Shown here piece after piece: positions 1 to 11,603 of a stretch of DNA of 48,835 nt (position 1 is its first letter; every line of letters starts with the position of its first letter). The notes under the pieces are model-generated. The model made no database searches. It saw only the letters and a program-made list of their open reading frames with translations, and was not told the DNA's origin. A program made the position numbers and the translations under genes. The stretch is from Albugo candida (Eukaryota), in assembly GCA_040437565.1 (NCBI GenBank), contig JBDOQK010000026.1, positions 372,001 through 420,835 of the forward strand, in the 5' to 3' direction.

Positions 1-934
1 GTGCATTGCCGCTGTTCCACAAGATCATGCATAAGTTGTGTCTGGTTGACAGCGTGATTAACGTCGTCTGATGCTCGATAATTTTCGTGTCGAGCCTGTT
101 TAAATTCATTGACCATCTTTTGATAAAGTAATTTCGCAGCAGTCTCTTCTTGTCGAGCCGCTATCAAAGAAGCCATTGTATTTGCAACTTCATTTTCAAG
201 ATCCACCAAAGTCTTCTCCTTCTCAAGTGTCGCTTTTCTCGCTTCCAGTGCTTCGTCAGTGAGCCGCTGAATCATATGATTATAAACCCCTCGATCAGAT
301 GTTTCTTCCTCAAGCTTTGACTCGTACAACTACGAAGGGATCATGAAGGGATGAAAGAGATGTGTAATTTTGTATTTACCGCCGATTTATTTTCGATGTT
401 ACTTATGCGAGCTTGTGTTTGCAGACTATCGTCCACTCTTGCGCCCATTGTCGAACTCATTATTTGTATCTCATTTTCTAGCCGTCGGATTTCTTTTTCT
501 TTTTTCGCATTCGTGCTATATAGTGCATCGAACTCCTGCACCGGGCGAGAATTCAATATTCCGAAACCTAAGTACAATGCATATCTCCGTACCCGTCGAA
601 GCGAAGAAACCTCGTTCACTTCCTTGTCTACGAATTGGGTCTCTTCCCCCACCAAATAGCCCATTGAAGTCAGGAACGAAGATACTCCTGAAGCATTCAA
701 TTTACTGCATAGTGTGAGAATGGAAATAGACATATAAAAAAGTAAAACCTCGTACGTATTGTAACTCGGCCGAGGTGACGCGTAAATAGAGCTAGAGTTC
801 CCCGTGTTGGGTCCCGTTTGAGAGTCCGTGAGCCAGCGTTGTCTTCCACCGTATGTACCCCGTATTCTCTCCGTTTGTGAGCCGTCCAGAGCTGTATCTG
901 AGTTTGGTGTGCCTTCCTCGCTAATCTTTTCCAT
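1..934 (-). CDS. 5' part of an intron-containing coiled-coil protein (runs off the window); weak resemblance to the outer dynein arm docking complex subunit CCDC151/ODAD3
   Basis: ATG at 934 (MEKISEEG). GT-AG introns at about 748-706, 592-536 and 378-330 join the frame into heptad-rich sequence RISNIENKSALYESKLEEETSDRGVYNHMIQRLTDEALEARK, which stays open to base 1. Family call is from remembered similarity only. Confidence 0.6.
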
Positions 935-2480
935 GTTGATAGACTGATGAGTAAACAACTAGGGATTTATATCTAATTTTGAATGCCGTATTGATGAAAC
1001 CTCTTGCGTGACTGCACATCATAAAATGCAAGCTGCGACTCTACCGGCTTGAAGCCTACTCCTTTTACCGTTGCTGTAGCTTCTAAAGTGGTACATTATT
1101 TCATACTATTGAATGGAGTGACCGACATTTCATGGTGGAAGCATATTATTACAGAGTTATTGAGGCATGTGAGACGAGCACCATAAGTACAAGTTTTTGG
1201 TGGATAGGACTGTATTTAATTGCTCGAGCTTGGTGCATCGACTTGATAGCCTCATGCGGAGTGTTTTCAAAAGTAGGAGATAAAATGAAACCTGATGCGT
1301 TTTTCGCATAGTTGTGAATTATCTCTTACTTTGAGCGCATTCATGACATCTTAACAAAATTAGCTTACCTGAGAAGAAACATGTACGGCGTGACTTGCGT
1401 CCAGTACTATGCCACCCCACCAACCTGACAGAATGACAGAATACCACCCTAGTATGCCATTTCGAGGCATCAAAAACATATCATATTTATATCTGAAAAT
1501 AGTAGAAGAAATTTTTTGTGTCGTTCCTTTCCGAGCTTACGTTTTCACGTATAGTCTTTCCCCACAAAGTGATGCAAAGTTGCTTCCTTGGTTATAAGAT
1601 AAACCTCTCCGTAACCCGCGCCATTGAATGATGCTATTTACATCGTCGCTCACAATAATCCCAAATCCATATTTTCCGCCGTGTTTTTGTGATTGGATCG
1701 CGCTTCAATGGTCAGCCCAGGGACCAACACTGGAGCAATGTAGTGATTGTCATGTGTAGTACTATCATACTCGTCAATAGGTAGCTTATCAGTAAGTATT
1801 GGCAATGAGAGGATCCGTGCCGAAGCCCGCTTTGTCACCCAAAGCAGCCAAAGTTGATCAAGGCAAAATTTTGGATCCGATCGTTGTGCACAGTCATGGT
1901 TGGTAGTTTGCGCTGCACACATCAGACATTTCTGAGCAATATATACCGAGTGTTCACATCCTCGTACTTGTTCATGTATCAAAAACTGGATTTGTTGCTT
2001 GGTTTCTAGGTGTGTTTATGTCGTGGTCAATTTAACCATCGGACCTCATTGCCTAGATATATGTCTTAGACATTTTCACTACGTCGATGTGGTAAGAGTT
2101 CTGCGAAGGCTACGTGATGGCTACTGAGAAAGTATGACATCATCAGCCGATAATTCTACTTGGCCAACGTTGAAAAGCCGTTAGCTTGTCTCCTCTTGTC
2201 TCACTTATCGGACCAAAGACAGCTTTATGACAATAGCTGATAGCTGCTGATCCTCACTGATCCCATAACATGCTGCATTCCGGGAGCAAAGTGACATTTT
2301 GAGTGCTTGATCAATCGGATAATACGTCGAGTTGCATTTCAGCTTAAAGTGATATCTGATGGCTCAGAGTGACACATGGGATCATCTTAGAGCCCGATTT
2401 ACCGTTTTCCGCGTTCCATAGATACATTTCCGAAAATAAAAAATGATCACTTATTACACTAAGCCAACTATTGTGTCAAG

Positions 2481-4784
2481 CTACTGGACTGGACATGCTG
2501 CGTCATTTTCATCCATACATTTGATCTGATTAGCTTTCTGCTCATCGATGGACAACTGCGAATCATTACTTTGAGTAGCAGCAACTCCCTCTGCGACGGA
2601 GGTTTTGTGTGCACTATTCACGTCGCTTTCTTCTGTCTCCAATGCCGTTTTAGAAATATGCGAATGGGATCTGACACAGGCATGAGAATTTGCCGCGCTT
2701 GAATCCTTCTTACAGTTGCATGGAAAGCTATTTGCAACTCCAGCAAAGTAGCATCGATTGCAGTCGTCACAGTGTTGATTACGGTGATCCACACATCGAC
2801 GACATTTGATACAGTGTTTTCGAGGCTTCTTCTCATCGTGACAAAGTCGATTTCCACACCAGGAAAAAGTAAAATGAGCGGAACAGGATGGACATGTAAA
2901 TCCATCAACGATCGTTTCTTTCACCTTGACAAGGTGTGGGGGACTGTCAAGAGTTTCTCGTGAGCGATCGGATTCACAGCAACTATATGTGACGTAGGTA
3001 TTGAGCAGATTTTTCATGTCTTTGATTTTTGAAAGCGAATGGATCAGGCATGCGTCGGCCGATGGTACGCTGATGGGAATTCCTTCTTGAGCCATCGGTC
3101 TGAATGGATTTAGACATCCAAAGCACTTACAATCATGACCACAGAGAGCACCAGCTTTCACGCATGCACAACGAGCGTTTCTGCATCTACCAGTGCACTT
3201 GCACCGTGTTTGATGCGCTACTTCTTTTTCGTCACATTCGAGTACATCTTCACTTAAGTCAGACTTCACGTGTGTAATCGATGGGTCAAGTTGAGTGAGA
3301 TGCACATTTTGATTTCTCGGCGGAACAATTCTTTTGGAAGGTCGACGAGTGGATCGTGCGGGATTCGAACTATCATTCACATACAAATGCCTTTCCAATT
3401 TGTCAGGAACGGCATTTGGATCAGAAGGAAGGATCCAGCTATGTTTCAGGACATTGCCAGTCTTTTGTGCTACCAGTCGGCTTTGTATCAAGTCTTCATT
3501 GGAATTGTGAGATTTATATTGGTCGAATTCGGGTGACACAATGGCTTTACGTTTATTTTTCTCTTCGAGTATTGAAGGTGCACATACATTATTGGTTCCA
3601 CAATGATAAATATCAGTTGGAAAATTCGCGCATATTGCTTGTTTCCCATTGTCTTCCCTCTTGCAGGAATTGACCGTTGTCGAATGTGTCATCGGACTGT
3701 AAGTTTCATCATGATCCAATTTAGGATTCATGCTGTTTGGATCTCGCTTTCCTGCATCTTTACCATCATCACAATCTCCGCATAAGATTTTCGGTGGTTG
3801 TTCAGACAATGCATTCCGCTGCTGTAATTTTTCGATCACGTTTAGGTCGGATTTGGAGATTTTATTCTTCATGTTTGAGACAGGATCAGTAGGTGGACGA
3901 TGCTGAGGAATGACACGCCATTTCTTTGTCCCTTTATTATGCTCTGTATTAGCTTTGGATTCATTGTAGGATTTCCAGTCGATGCATTCACAAGAAAGTG
4001 AGCGTCTTGATCCTAGTTCCAAATCGTTCAAAGAAGTGGGTTTGTACATTGTATCATTAAAGTCCCCAGGGCTCTCGACCGGTGAAATTTGACTTGGAGT
4101 TGTATTGCTCCCCAAAGAAGAAATAGTGAGAGGAGAAGTATGTCCATTCCAGCTGCCAGCGTGTGATGAGGACGCCAAAGAATGCAGCCAGTTTAATGTT
4201 GCTGGCGAAATGGCCGGTGGATTTATTGTATCACTTTCATCAGTTCCTGTGATCACATCAGTACAAACGCAGTCGTTCAAAATAGCTCTAGGTTTCAATG
4301 AAGCATTTGTTTCGGGAAGTTGCTGCCTCACATATTTTCTCTCGACATCAGCCTCAGTGTTCTTCTCCTCCTTTCCGTTAGTAATATTCTCTTCGAATTC
4401 AATAGCTGTTTCGGTCATTTTTATCTGTGCTGTAGTGTCGAAATTCTGTATGGGATTTTCGAAATCTAAGTAGTGAAGCATAGAAAATAAGTCTTCAAAT
4501 TCGGGGTCCTCTGGAGGCTCAATTTGCAAAGATAATTCATTTTCCACTACATCAGGATTAATGAAGGATGTTATTGCGTTATGTTCTGATGCTTGCCATG
4601 TGTTTTCAGACTTTTTAACTGTAAAATCATTTCTTACTGCAAATGGAACTTTTGTTTGTAGATCGCGCATCTTTGATATCTTTCTGTTTTTAGCCAATCC
4701 GAGTAATGTAAGAAGGCACAGTTGGACGAGCATTTTAGTAATGGGTACAGCTTTTTTTATGATTCGTAATAGATAACTTTTCAT
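2481..4784 (-). CDS. Tesmin/TSO1-like CXC (CRC) domain protein with a further Cys/His-rich zinc-binding region and C-terminal CaaX (CPVQ)
   Basis: Uninterrupted ~767-codon ORF. CKCTGRCRNARCACVKAGALCGHDCKCFGCLNP at ~3105-3206; CPSC..WC...C..HCIKCRRC..HCDDCNRC..CNC at 2712-2895; long disordered N-terminus. Start uncertain (ATG at 4784, 4733 or 4670). Confidence 0.8.
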   Translation of the reverse strand: MKSYLLRIIKKAVPITKMLVQLCLLTLLGLAKNRKISKMRDLQTKVPFAVRNDFTVKKSENTWQASEHNAITSFINPDVVENELSLQIEPPEDPEFEDLFSMLHYLDFENPIQNFDTTAQIKMTETAIEFEENITNGKEEKNTEADVERKYVRQQLPETNASLKPRAILNDCVCTDVITGTDESDTINPPAISPATLNWLHSLASSSHAGSWNGHTSPLTISSLGSNTTPSQISPVESPGDFNDTMYKPTSLNDLELGSRRSLSCECIDWKSYNESKANTEHNKGTKKWRVIPQHRPPTDPVSNMKNKISKSDLNVIEKLQQRNALSEQPPKILCGDCDDGKDAGKRDPNSMNPKLDHDETYSPMTHSTTVNSCKREDNGKQAICANFPTDIYHCGTNNVCAPSILEEKNKRKAIVSPEFDQYKSHNSNEDLIQSRLVAQKTGNVLKHSWILPSDPNAVPDKLERHLYVNDSSNPARSTRRPSKRIVPPRNQNVHLTQLDPSITHVKSDLSEDVLECDEKEVAHQTRCKCTGRCRNARCACVKAGALCGHDCKCFGCLNPFRPMAQEGIPISVPSADACLIHSLSKIKDMKNLLNTYVTYSCCESDRSRETLDSPPHLVKVKETIVDGFTCPSCSAHFTFSWCGNRLCHDEKKPRKHCIKCRRCVDHRNQHCDDCNRCYFAGVANSFPCNCKKDSSAANSHACVRSHSHISKTALETEESDVNSAHKTSVAEGVAATQSNDSQLSIDEQKANQIKCMDENDAACPVQ

Positions 4785-5096
4785 ATGCAAGCTCTACTTT
4801 GTACTTCTGTGCACACAGCGCTCAAAAGTCATAAATTATTGACACTCGAGAGCGTGATTTTAAGTACACGAATAAGTGCTTTATATCTATACGAATAAAT
4901 ATCTCTACATTTTAGATGAAGAAGTCCAACACTTCTGTGAGCTCGGCACTGCGATTTAAAGTAAAGCTATGTCGACTTCGATTGATGCTGGTTGTAGATG
5001 TTAGAAGAACCGTAAGCGGCAGAACGGTTAACCCCAATCTGCACATTACGGTACTTCTCCATTGTATCGTGACCAAGTAGCGCTCAACGAAACAAA

Positions 5097-6261
5097 ATGT
5101 CGTCGGCAATGCAAAAAATCGCTGAACTAGAAACAGAATATGCACGCACACAAAAGAATAAGGCAACAATGAAGCATCTTTGCCTCATCAAAGCAAAAAT
5201 CGCAAAGTTACGTCGAGAAATCGTAGAGGGAGGGTCCAAATCTGGTGGTGGTACTGGAGAGGGTTTTGATGTCAATAAATCCGGTGATACCAGAGTCGGA
5301 TTAGTCGGATTTCCATCTGTTGGAAAATCGACGCTTCTCACAAAACTGACAGGAACTTTTTCGGAAGCTGCTTCGTACGAATTCACAACATTGACTGCGA
5401 TTCCAGGCACTTTGCATTATCGTGGTGCTCGCATTCAAGTTCTAGACTTGCCTGGGATCATCGAGGGTGCAAAAGATGGTAAAGGTCGTGGTAGACAAGT
5501 CATTGGGACAGCTAGAACGTGCAATCTGATCCTAATTGTCTTGGATGCGATGAAACCAGCAACACATAAAAAGCTTATTGAACACGAGCTGGAAGGCTTT
5601 GGCATTCGGTACGTGGTATTATGATCATTTCTGCATCCTCAAGTATAACCGCGCGAATTGTACAAGGCTGAATAAGAAACCACCCAACATGGTGCTAAAA
5701 CGAAAAGAAAAAGGCGGAGTCAATTTCCAAACGACTTGTCCACAAAGTGAGTTAGATGGTGAAACGGTATACCAAATATTGCACGAATACAAAATTCACA
5801 ACGCGGATGTGGTTTTACGCGAAGATGTTTCCGTCGATCAGCTTATTGATAGTATTGAAGGGAACAGAATGTATATCCCTTGCTTGTATGTGCTAAACAA
5901 AATCGATCAGCTCACCATCGAAGAACTGACAATTATCGATCAGCTACCACATAATGTCGTGATTTCAGCCCATCATGGGTGGAATCTTGACGAATTGCTC
6001 GAAAAAGTCTGGGAGTACTGCAATATGATTCGGATCTACACAAAGCCAAGAGGTCAAGTACCAGATTATAACGCGCCTGTGATCTTGCATTCTGAGAATC
6101 CAACAGTGGAGCACTTTTGCTTACGCATCCACAAGAATTTGTTGAGGCAATTGAAATATGCTTGGGTATGGGGCATCTCAGTAAAACATCAGCCTCAGAA
6201 AGTTGGCAAGGAGCACTTGCTCCAAGATGAAGACATTGTTCAGATCGTAAAGAAAAATTGA
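5097..6261 (+). CDS. DRG1: Developmentally regulated GTP-binding protein 1 (OBG-family GTPase with TGS domain), 2 exons
   Basis: [15 protein letters not shown] (G1), YEFTTLT (G2), DLPGIIEGA (G3), NKID (G4) and [16 protein letters not shown]. Intron 5609-5666 (gtacgt...aag) restores [27 protein letters not shown] fits DRG1 rather than DRG2. Confidence 0.96.
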
Positions 6262-6448
6262 TGAGCCGAAAAGGAAGGAGAAATTAAATTAAGCGATAGA
6301 CTTTGGCTCATTATTTTTAGAATCAATGTGATAAATGCAAAAAGACTGTGTTTCACCAGAGACGTTTTGGTAACGTTGGTCGGGTGACTTTCACACTGTC
6401 TCGACTCTCGACTCGACAATTAGCAGAGTCTAGTCCTTGACAAGCTGA

Positions 6449-7620
6449 ATGCTAGATCGCCTTGCAGAATTGAGAAAAAAGGCCAATGTCCCGGAGGAAG
6501 CCGTCGTGGATGTGCATGTAGGCTTCCTGCTTCTTTTCACTCGATGGCGGTATTTTATTAACCATCAATCTGTGTATTTCAGCATGTGTAAGTCTCAAGT
6601 TTTATGCTATTGTTATCTTCATTGAAGATCTATCCACTATAGCGATATTAGTCGGCCAAAATTCATGGAGCAGTTTTTCAAAGATGTGGAGAATTTGCAA
6701 TTAGATCTCGCCAATATCAGGTAACCATCCTCGTAGCTAACAATTCACTACTTCTAATCACCGTTGTAGTGTAGGAACTCTTAAAATCGTTGATCTAAAT
6801 CGTCAAGCAGTTACGGCGACGTCATCCACAGAAGAACAGGGTCAGCTTTTTATATGTGCTAGTTAGACGCGTCCATCTCACATATTCTTAGCAACGAGCC
6901 AGGAGTTGGGATCAGTCATTGAAAGTTGCAATAAACATGCCGCGCACGCAAAAGTAAGCAGAGTTTGCTTGGATTCCGAGCTTTATTGCATCGGCCCTCA
7001 ATTTATGACTCGCTTTTTAGGGCTTATTGGAAGTGTTAAAAAAAGACAGCGTGGAGAAAAAGCGAGATAAAAACACAGCCGAGTCGGAGCTGAGGATTCG
7101 AGACAATATGTCTGCGACACTTACCAAGAAGTTTATGGTATGCATGAAGGAATATCAAAAAGCTCAACAAAAGTATAAGCAGGATATGAAATTGAAAGTA
7201 AAGCGGCAGGTGCAGATTGTCAAGCCGGATGCAACAGACGCCGACATCGATACGGTATTACGATCAGGTGACGGAAATTCCATTTACAAAAGTGCAATTC
7301 TACAAGGCACGGCGGATAGCATCAAGGATGTATATGTGAATGTTCAGGACAAATATCAGGATGTCATCAAGTTGGAGCAGAATGTCGCCGAGTTACATCA
7401 GATGTTTCTTGATTTGGCACTTTTGGTAGAACAGCAAGGAGAAATGCTTGATCAGATCGAGTTTCAGGTACGGACAGCGGCTAATTATATCGAGCAAGGG
7501 AATGTCGAGGTCCAGAAAGCTATCCAAACCCAAAAATCTGCACGCAAAAAAAAATGCTGTTTGCTTTTTGTCGGAATTGTGATAATACTTATAATTGTCC
7601 TGGTGGCAGCTTTCAAATAG
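6449..7620 (+). CDS. Plasma-membrane-type Qa SNARE syntaxin (syntaxin-1/SYP1-like), 6 predicted exons
   Basis: Exons 6449-6517, 6583-6587, 6643-6720, 6770-6840, 6892-6953, 7021-7620, all GT-AG. N-peptide MLDRLAEL, Habc start FMEQFFKDVE, SNARE motif ELHQMFLDLALLVEQQGEMLDQIE, C-terminal TM helix after ARKKKCC. Confidence 0.93.
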
Positions 7621-7646
7621 AAACACATTTATTGACGTTGACGATA

Positions 7647-9053
7647 TCACTGCTTCAGACTGGGGACTTTGAATACTTCTCCGATTGCGGCTTTCAGGCA
7701 ATCAATGTTGTAATCAATGATTCCCTGTTTGGGAAAATTCTCAGCTCGAAGTAAACAGACCAGAGCCAAGTAACTGAAAAGTGCAAATCAAATCAATACA
7801 ATATTCTCAATACGAGTAAAGTATGACTTACTTGTTGACTTCCCGCAAGTATAAAATCATGCCGTTGTTCAATCGAATTACAGATGACGAATTGGCATCG
7901 AATGCCAAACTGTCACTTTCGGCATCATCCTGCATACTGAGAAAGAAGGTAAGTTACAAGATCAGGAAAACGCTGACTTTTACCCATAGATACAAGAAAC
8001 GTCAATCACTACGTCAATCATGTCGCTGCATAGTTCATAAGACTGCATATCGACAGGATTGCTATCGGTGGCGATGTACACCTTTGATACCACATCGAAC
8101 AAAAATGATTTCTCCATATTGCAGCTCTTTCAACATGAAAATCAGTATTTAGGACGCAGTTTTGTCCATTGGTACAAATCGCGTACGGTTATCAGCATGT
8201 TCAATAGATTCTCCATTGTCGGGAGTTGTGGAATCAACTTTTGAACGACTTTGCTGACGGCTTCAAAAATACTGTGATCATAGATACTGACACCAAACGT
8301 GAGTCAGGAAACAATCTGAGGTTTTGTACAAACCTTGTGAGATAAAAACTCATGTGTATATCGAGTTCTGTATCATTAATCTCCTCCATGATCTGATGTT
8401 GAATTTCTCGCTGACAATCTATCACAATCATCCGATGAATCGACGCAAAATGCCTCACTAGACATGCTTGCGTACCAATTTTATGGTCATCTGATATGTA
8501 TAAATCTCCATCAACCTTGTGGATGAAAACCTCGAAGAAAATCTCTGGATTATACCGATGAGCTCGAAGTATGATATCGTGCAGCCTTGCTAAGGCCTCG
8601 GTGTATGGTTCATCCTGAGCGTCAATCACGATAACAATAGAGCCACAATTGGAGAAGATCATATCCTCATTCACCAATTGACCACCGTACATCAGGTCAT
8701 CTAACGTACGACTTCAACGATACTGCAATCACCAGCATTTGACTTTTACCTTTAAATTCAAAATCACCAGGAAAATCCCAAATTTGGAATTGTACGAACG
8801 GATTATTTGCGATATACTTTATATCCAAAGAGCTTGTTCCTTCGGAAAATAAAGTTTCGTGTGGTGACATTTTATGAAAAACCACCCGCTGGATACTCGA
8901 TTTGCCGCTTCTAAAACGTCAGAATGAGTTTTCAAGCGCGTTTTTTTAGCGTCGGACTTCCAACCTTCGAAGCCCCATCAAAAGGATGCGAGGCGTATAT
9001 TCGCTATTGAGGGTCGTGAGCCGTTCTTCGTGCGGTAGACTGGCGAGTGTCAT
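7647..9053 (-). CDS. RRAGC: Ras-related GTP-binding protein RagC/D (Gtr2), multi-exon
   Basis: [76 protein letters not shown] and C-terminal [28 protein letters not shown] at 9053, stop at 7647-7649, several short GT-AG introns. Confidence 0.93.
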
Positions 9054-9782
9054 TGCTTCACATACGATAGCGAATAATAAAAGCGCACCACTTACGATTG
9101 TGAATCATCCAAATCTAAAAAGTGATACATAGTGCACGTATAATCAATTACTCGCAATTATAGAAAGCATCGTTTATTTACAGCTAGAATCCATGCGAGC
9201 AAATGCAGATACGAACTCGATATCGTACAGAGCACTTCCAACTATTAAGTGTCACAATTGGACATTATACTGTCCTGATGACGCGCATCCATGAATTTTA
9301 ACAAATGATCGGCCATTGGCGTAGAATGGAAATAATGAAGAAGACTAGAAGTCTGATTTAATCTTCATGAACGCTAATACAGGCCGGTATATGTACAAGT
9401 GTCTTTAGCAAGGTCACTTACCCAGTATACCGTTGCATCTCACTAATAGCTGCTGAATGCTATAACGTTACTTAAAGTCGGACATAGTATCTGTTTGATA
9501 GCGATATCACCACATACTCATCATTATATATGTAGACGCATGCCCTCAAAGAGAAGACAGGGAAGTTCCAACAATTCCAATTGTGTACCGAGAAGAGTTG
9601 TTGGAGTCACGCGCATGCCCATTTCACTGGACTCATGGTAAGCTAATACACAGTCAATTTTGACCAAACAGCACAAAGCGATAAAGTTCGAAATCTATCA
9701 TAACAGCTCAAGTTCCTTCCAATTACACTGCTGATAAAACTCATAAATTAACGATCTAGAGCACGTCGATATACAATTACTG

Positions 9783-10550
9783 TTACCATTGCCCTGTCCC
9801 CGTTACGTTTGTTTGGTTGGATGGTACCACGCGTATGGCTAAGCCTGGTCGTAATGCCGTGACTGATTCGCTGGATGTATTTCCAGATGGTAGACCCGCT
9901 CCGATGATAGAAGGAACAGATTTCATCGGCATGGCTTCGGTATCGTTTGCATCGATCATCGCGATGATATCTTCAATTTTCACGTGATTTGTTCGATTGT
10001 AGTATTTTGATAGTTTGTAATTGAAGTTCCATTTGCCTGGAATTCCAGTGAATAATGGTCGCATGGTAACGGTTTCTGTTCTCACAACTGTCGCATTGAA
10101 ATTAAATGACCGTACACAAACAGCCTGGCGCAGCAAAAGCGGTGACATTTGTCCCCATAAATGAGATTCCCCAGCTTTTAGTTTGACAAACTTTCGATGA
10201 AGTAGTCCGTCCTCAAGTGTTCTTTGTGTAATCATTCCAAAGTTCACAATACCAATCGAAGCGCCAATAAATGCTCCGCTTATTTCCACCACTTTTGCAA
10301 TGTGGAGGAAGGAGTCTCTCGTCATTCCTGCAATCATTGCTGGCGCTTTAAATAAGTCGGGATCAATACCAGCTCGTGGCTTCAAACCCGTGAGTACCGG
10401 GGAAAACGCACCAACAAGTCCAAGCGTGCCGAAGAAAAGCCCTATAGCGCCGGTCACTGAGAGAGCGATTTTCAATGACTGATCGTCAGTCGATACTTGA
10501 CACAGCCACTTGTATCGTGTATCATTAATCACGGTCAAAGACGATCCCAT
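9783..10550 (-). CDS. Uncharacterised putative membrane protein (paralogue A of a tandem pair)
   Basis: 255-aa intronless ORF with two Gly/Ala-rich hydrophobic segments. Aligns with 11307-12047 (MGSSLTVINDT..WLC / MGASITIVNNT..WLC; EDG.L.R.F; VRTE...MRP.F.G). Confidence 0.8.
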   Translation of the reverse strand: MGSSLTVINDTRYKWLCQVSTDDQSLKIALSVTGAIGLFFGTLGLVGAFSPVLTGLKPRAGIDPDLFKAPAMIAGMTRDSFLHIAKVVEISGAFIGASIGIVNFGMITQRTLEDGLLHRKFVKLKAGESHLWGQMSPLLLRQAVCVRSFNFNATVVRTETVTMRPLFTGIPGKWNFNYKLSKYYNRTNHVKIEDIIAMIDANDTEAMPMKSVPSIIGAGLPSGNTSSESVTALRPGLAIRVVPSNQTNVTGTGQW

Positions 10551-10795
10551 AGGTAGTAAGACCGCGCTGATATACCGACCAATTGATAAAGCCGAAAATG
10601 TTTATTGACTCAAACTGAAAGAACGTCGTCATGTCGTAGTTGAGGTTCGGAGTGTCCAACTTTGTGGGAAGGTATTCGGTCAAGTAAGAGAAGGTGACTT
10701 TTACATTCCTTTTGCCAGAACTTCGATTCTTAATTAATTGGATTCCACGTTTGTTCGAAGATATCGATAGTAAATTACTAAATTAGTATTCTTTC

Positions 10796-11603
10796 ACAAA
10801 ATGTGTGGAAAGTCGTCTTATGGAGTGAGATGAAAAGCTACACAATTATTATCTATGTGGTAGCATTCACATTTTGATTAAAATTCGCTACGGTTGCCGG
10901 AGGTATGACTAGTGCTGGCTGATTCGATGGAAGTATGGATTCTTGGCCTTGGGTACTCCCTGTAGCCGTGCTTTGTTTGGCATCAACGTCATCTTCTTCG
11001 TCTGTGTTGACTAGAGGAACAATATCGTCAATACTGGTTCCATTGCTTCGACGAATCCAGTCAGCAATGCTTTGTTCTGAGTCACGTTTTATCCATCCAC
11101 TGAAAATTGGTCGCATCAAGATGGATTCGGTGCGAACAGCGGATTCGTTNNNNNNNNNNNNNNNNNNNNNNNNNNNNNNNNNNNNNNNNNNNNNNNNNNN
11201 NNNNNNNNNNNNNNNNNNNNNNNNNNNNNNNNNNNNNNNNNNNNNNNNNACAAAATGTGTGGAAAGTCGTCTTATGGAGTGAGATGAAAAGCTACACAAT
11301 TATTATCTATGTGGTAGCATTCACATTTTGATTAAAATTCGCTACGGTTGCCGGAGGTATGACTAGTGCTGGCTGATTCGATGGAAGTATGGATTCTTGG
11401 CCTTGGGTACTCCCTGTAGCCGTGCTTTGTTTGGCATCAACGTCATCTTCTTCGTCTGTGTTGACTAGAGGAACAATATCGTCAATACTGGTTCCATTGC
11501 TTCGACGAATCCAGTCAGCAATGCTTTGTTCTGAGTCACGTTTTATCCATCCACTGAAAATTGGTCGCATCAAGATGGATTCGGTGCGAACAGCGGATTC
11601 GTT
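10796..11603. repeat. Gap-flanking duplication (10796-11149 = 11250-11603); probable assembly artefact
   Basis: Same ~354 bp on both sides of the 100-N gap at 11150-11249; produces the spurious partial ORF 10853-11299. Confidence 0.9.

Noticed and set aside
1100..2470. Short ORFs at 1409-1597 and 1650-1982
   Set aside because: No recognisable motif or splice pattern; cannot support a gene call.
2750..2830. DHHC palmitoyltransferase-like Cys pattern (HCIKCRRCVDHRNQHC)
   Set aside because: No DHHC tetrapeptide and no flanking TM helices; treated as a zinc-binding array.
4690..4733. Signal-peptide-like MLVQLCLLTLLGLA at the start of the CXC ORF
   Set aside because: Start codon uncertain, and the rest of the protein looks intracellular (CXC, CaaX); probably 5' UTR read-through.
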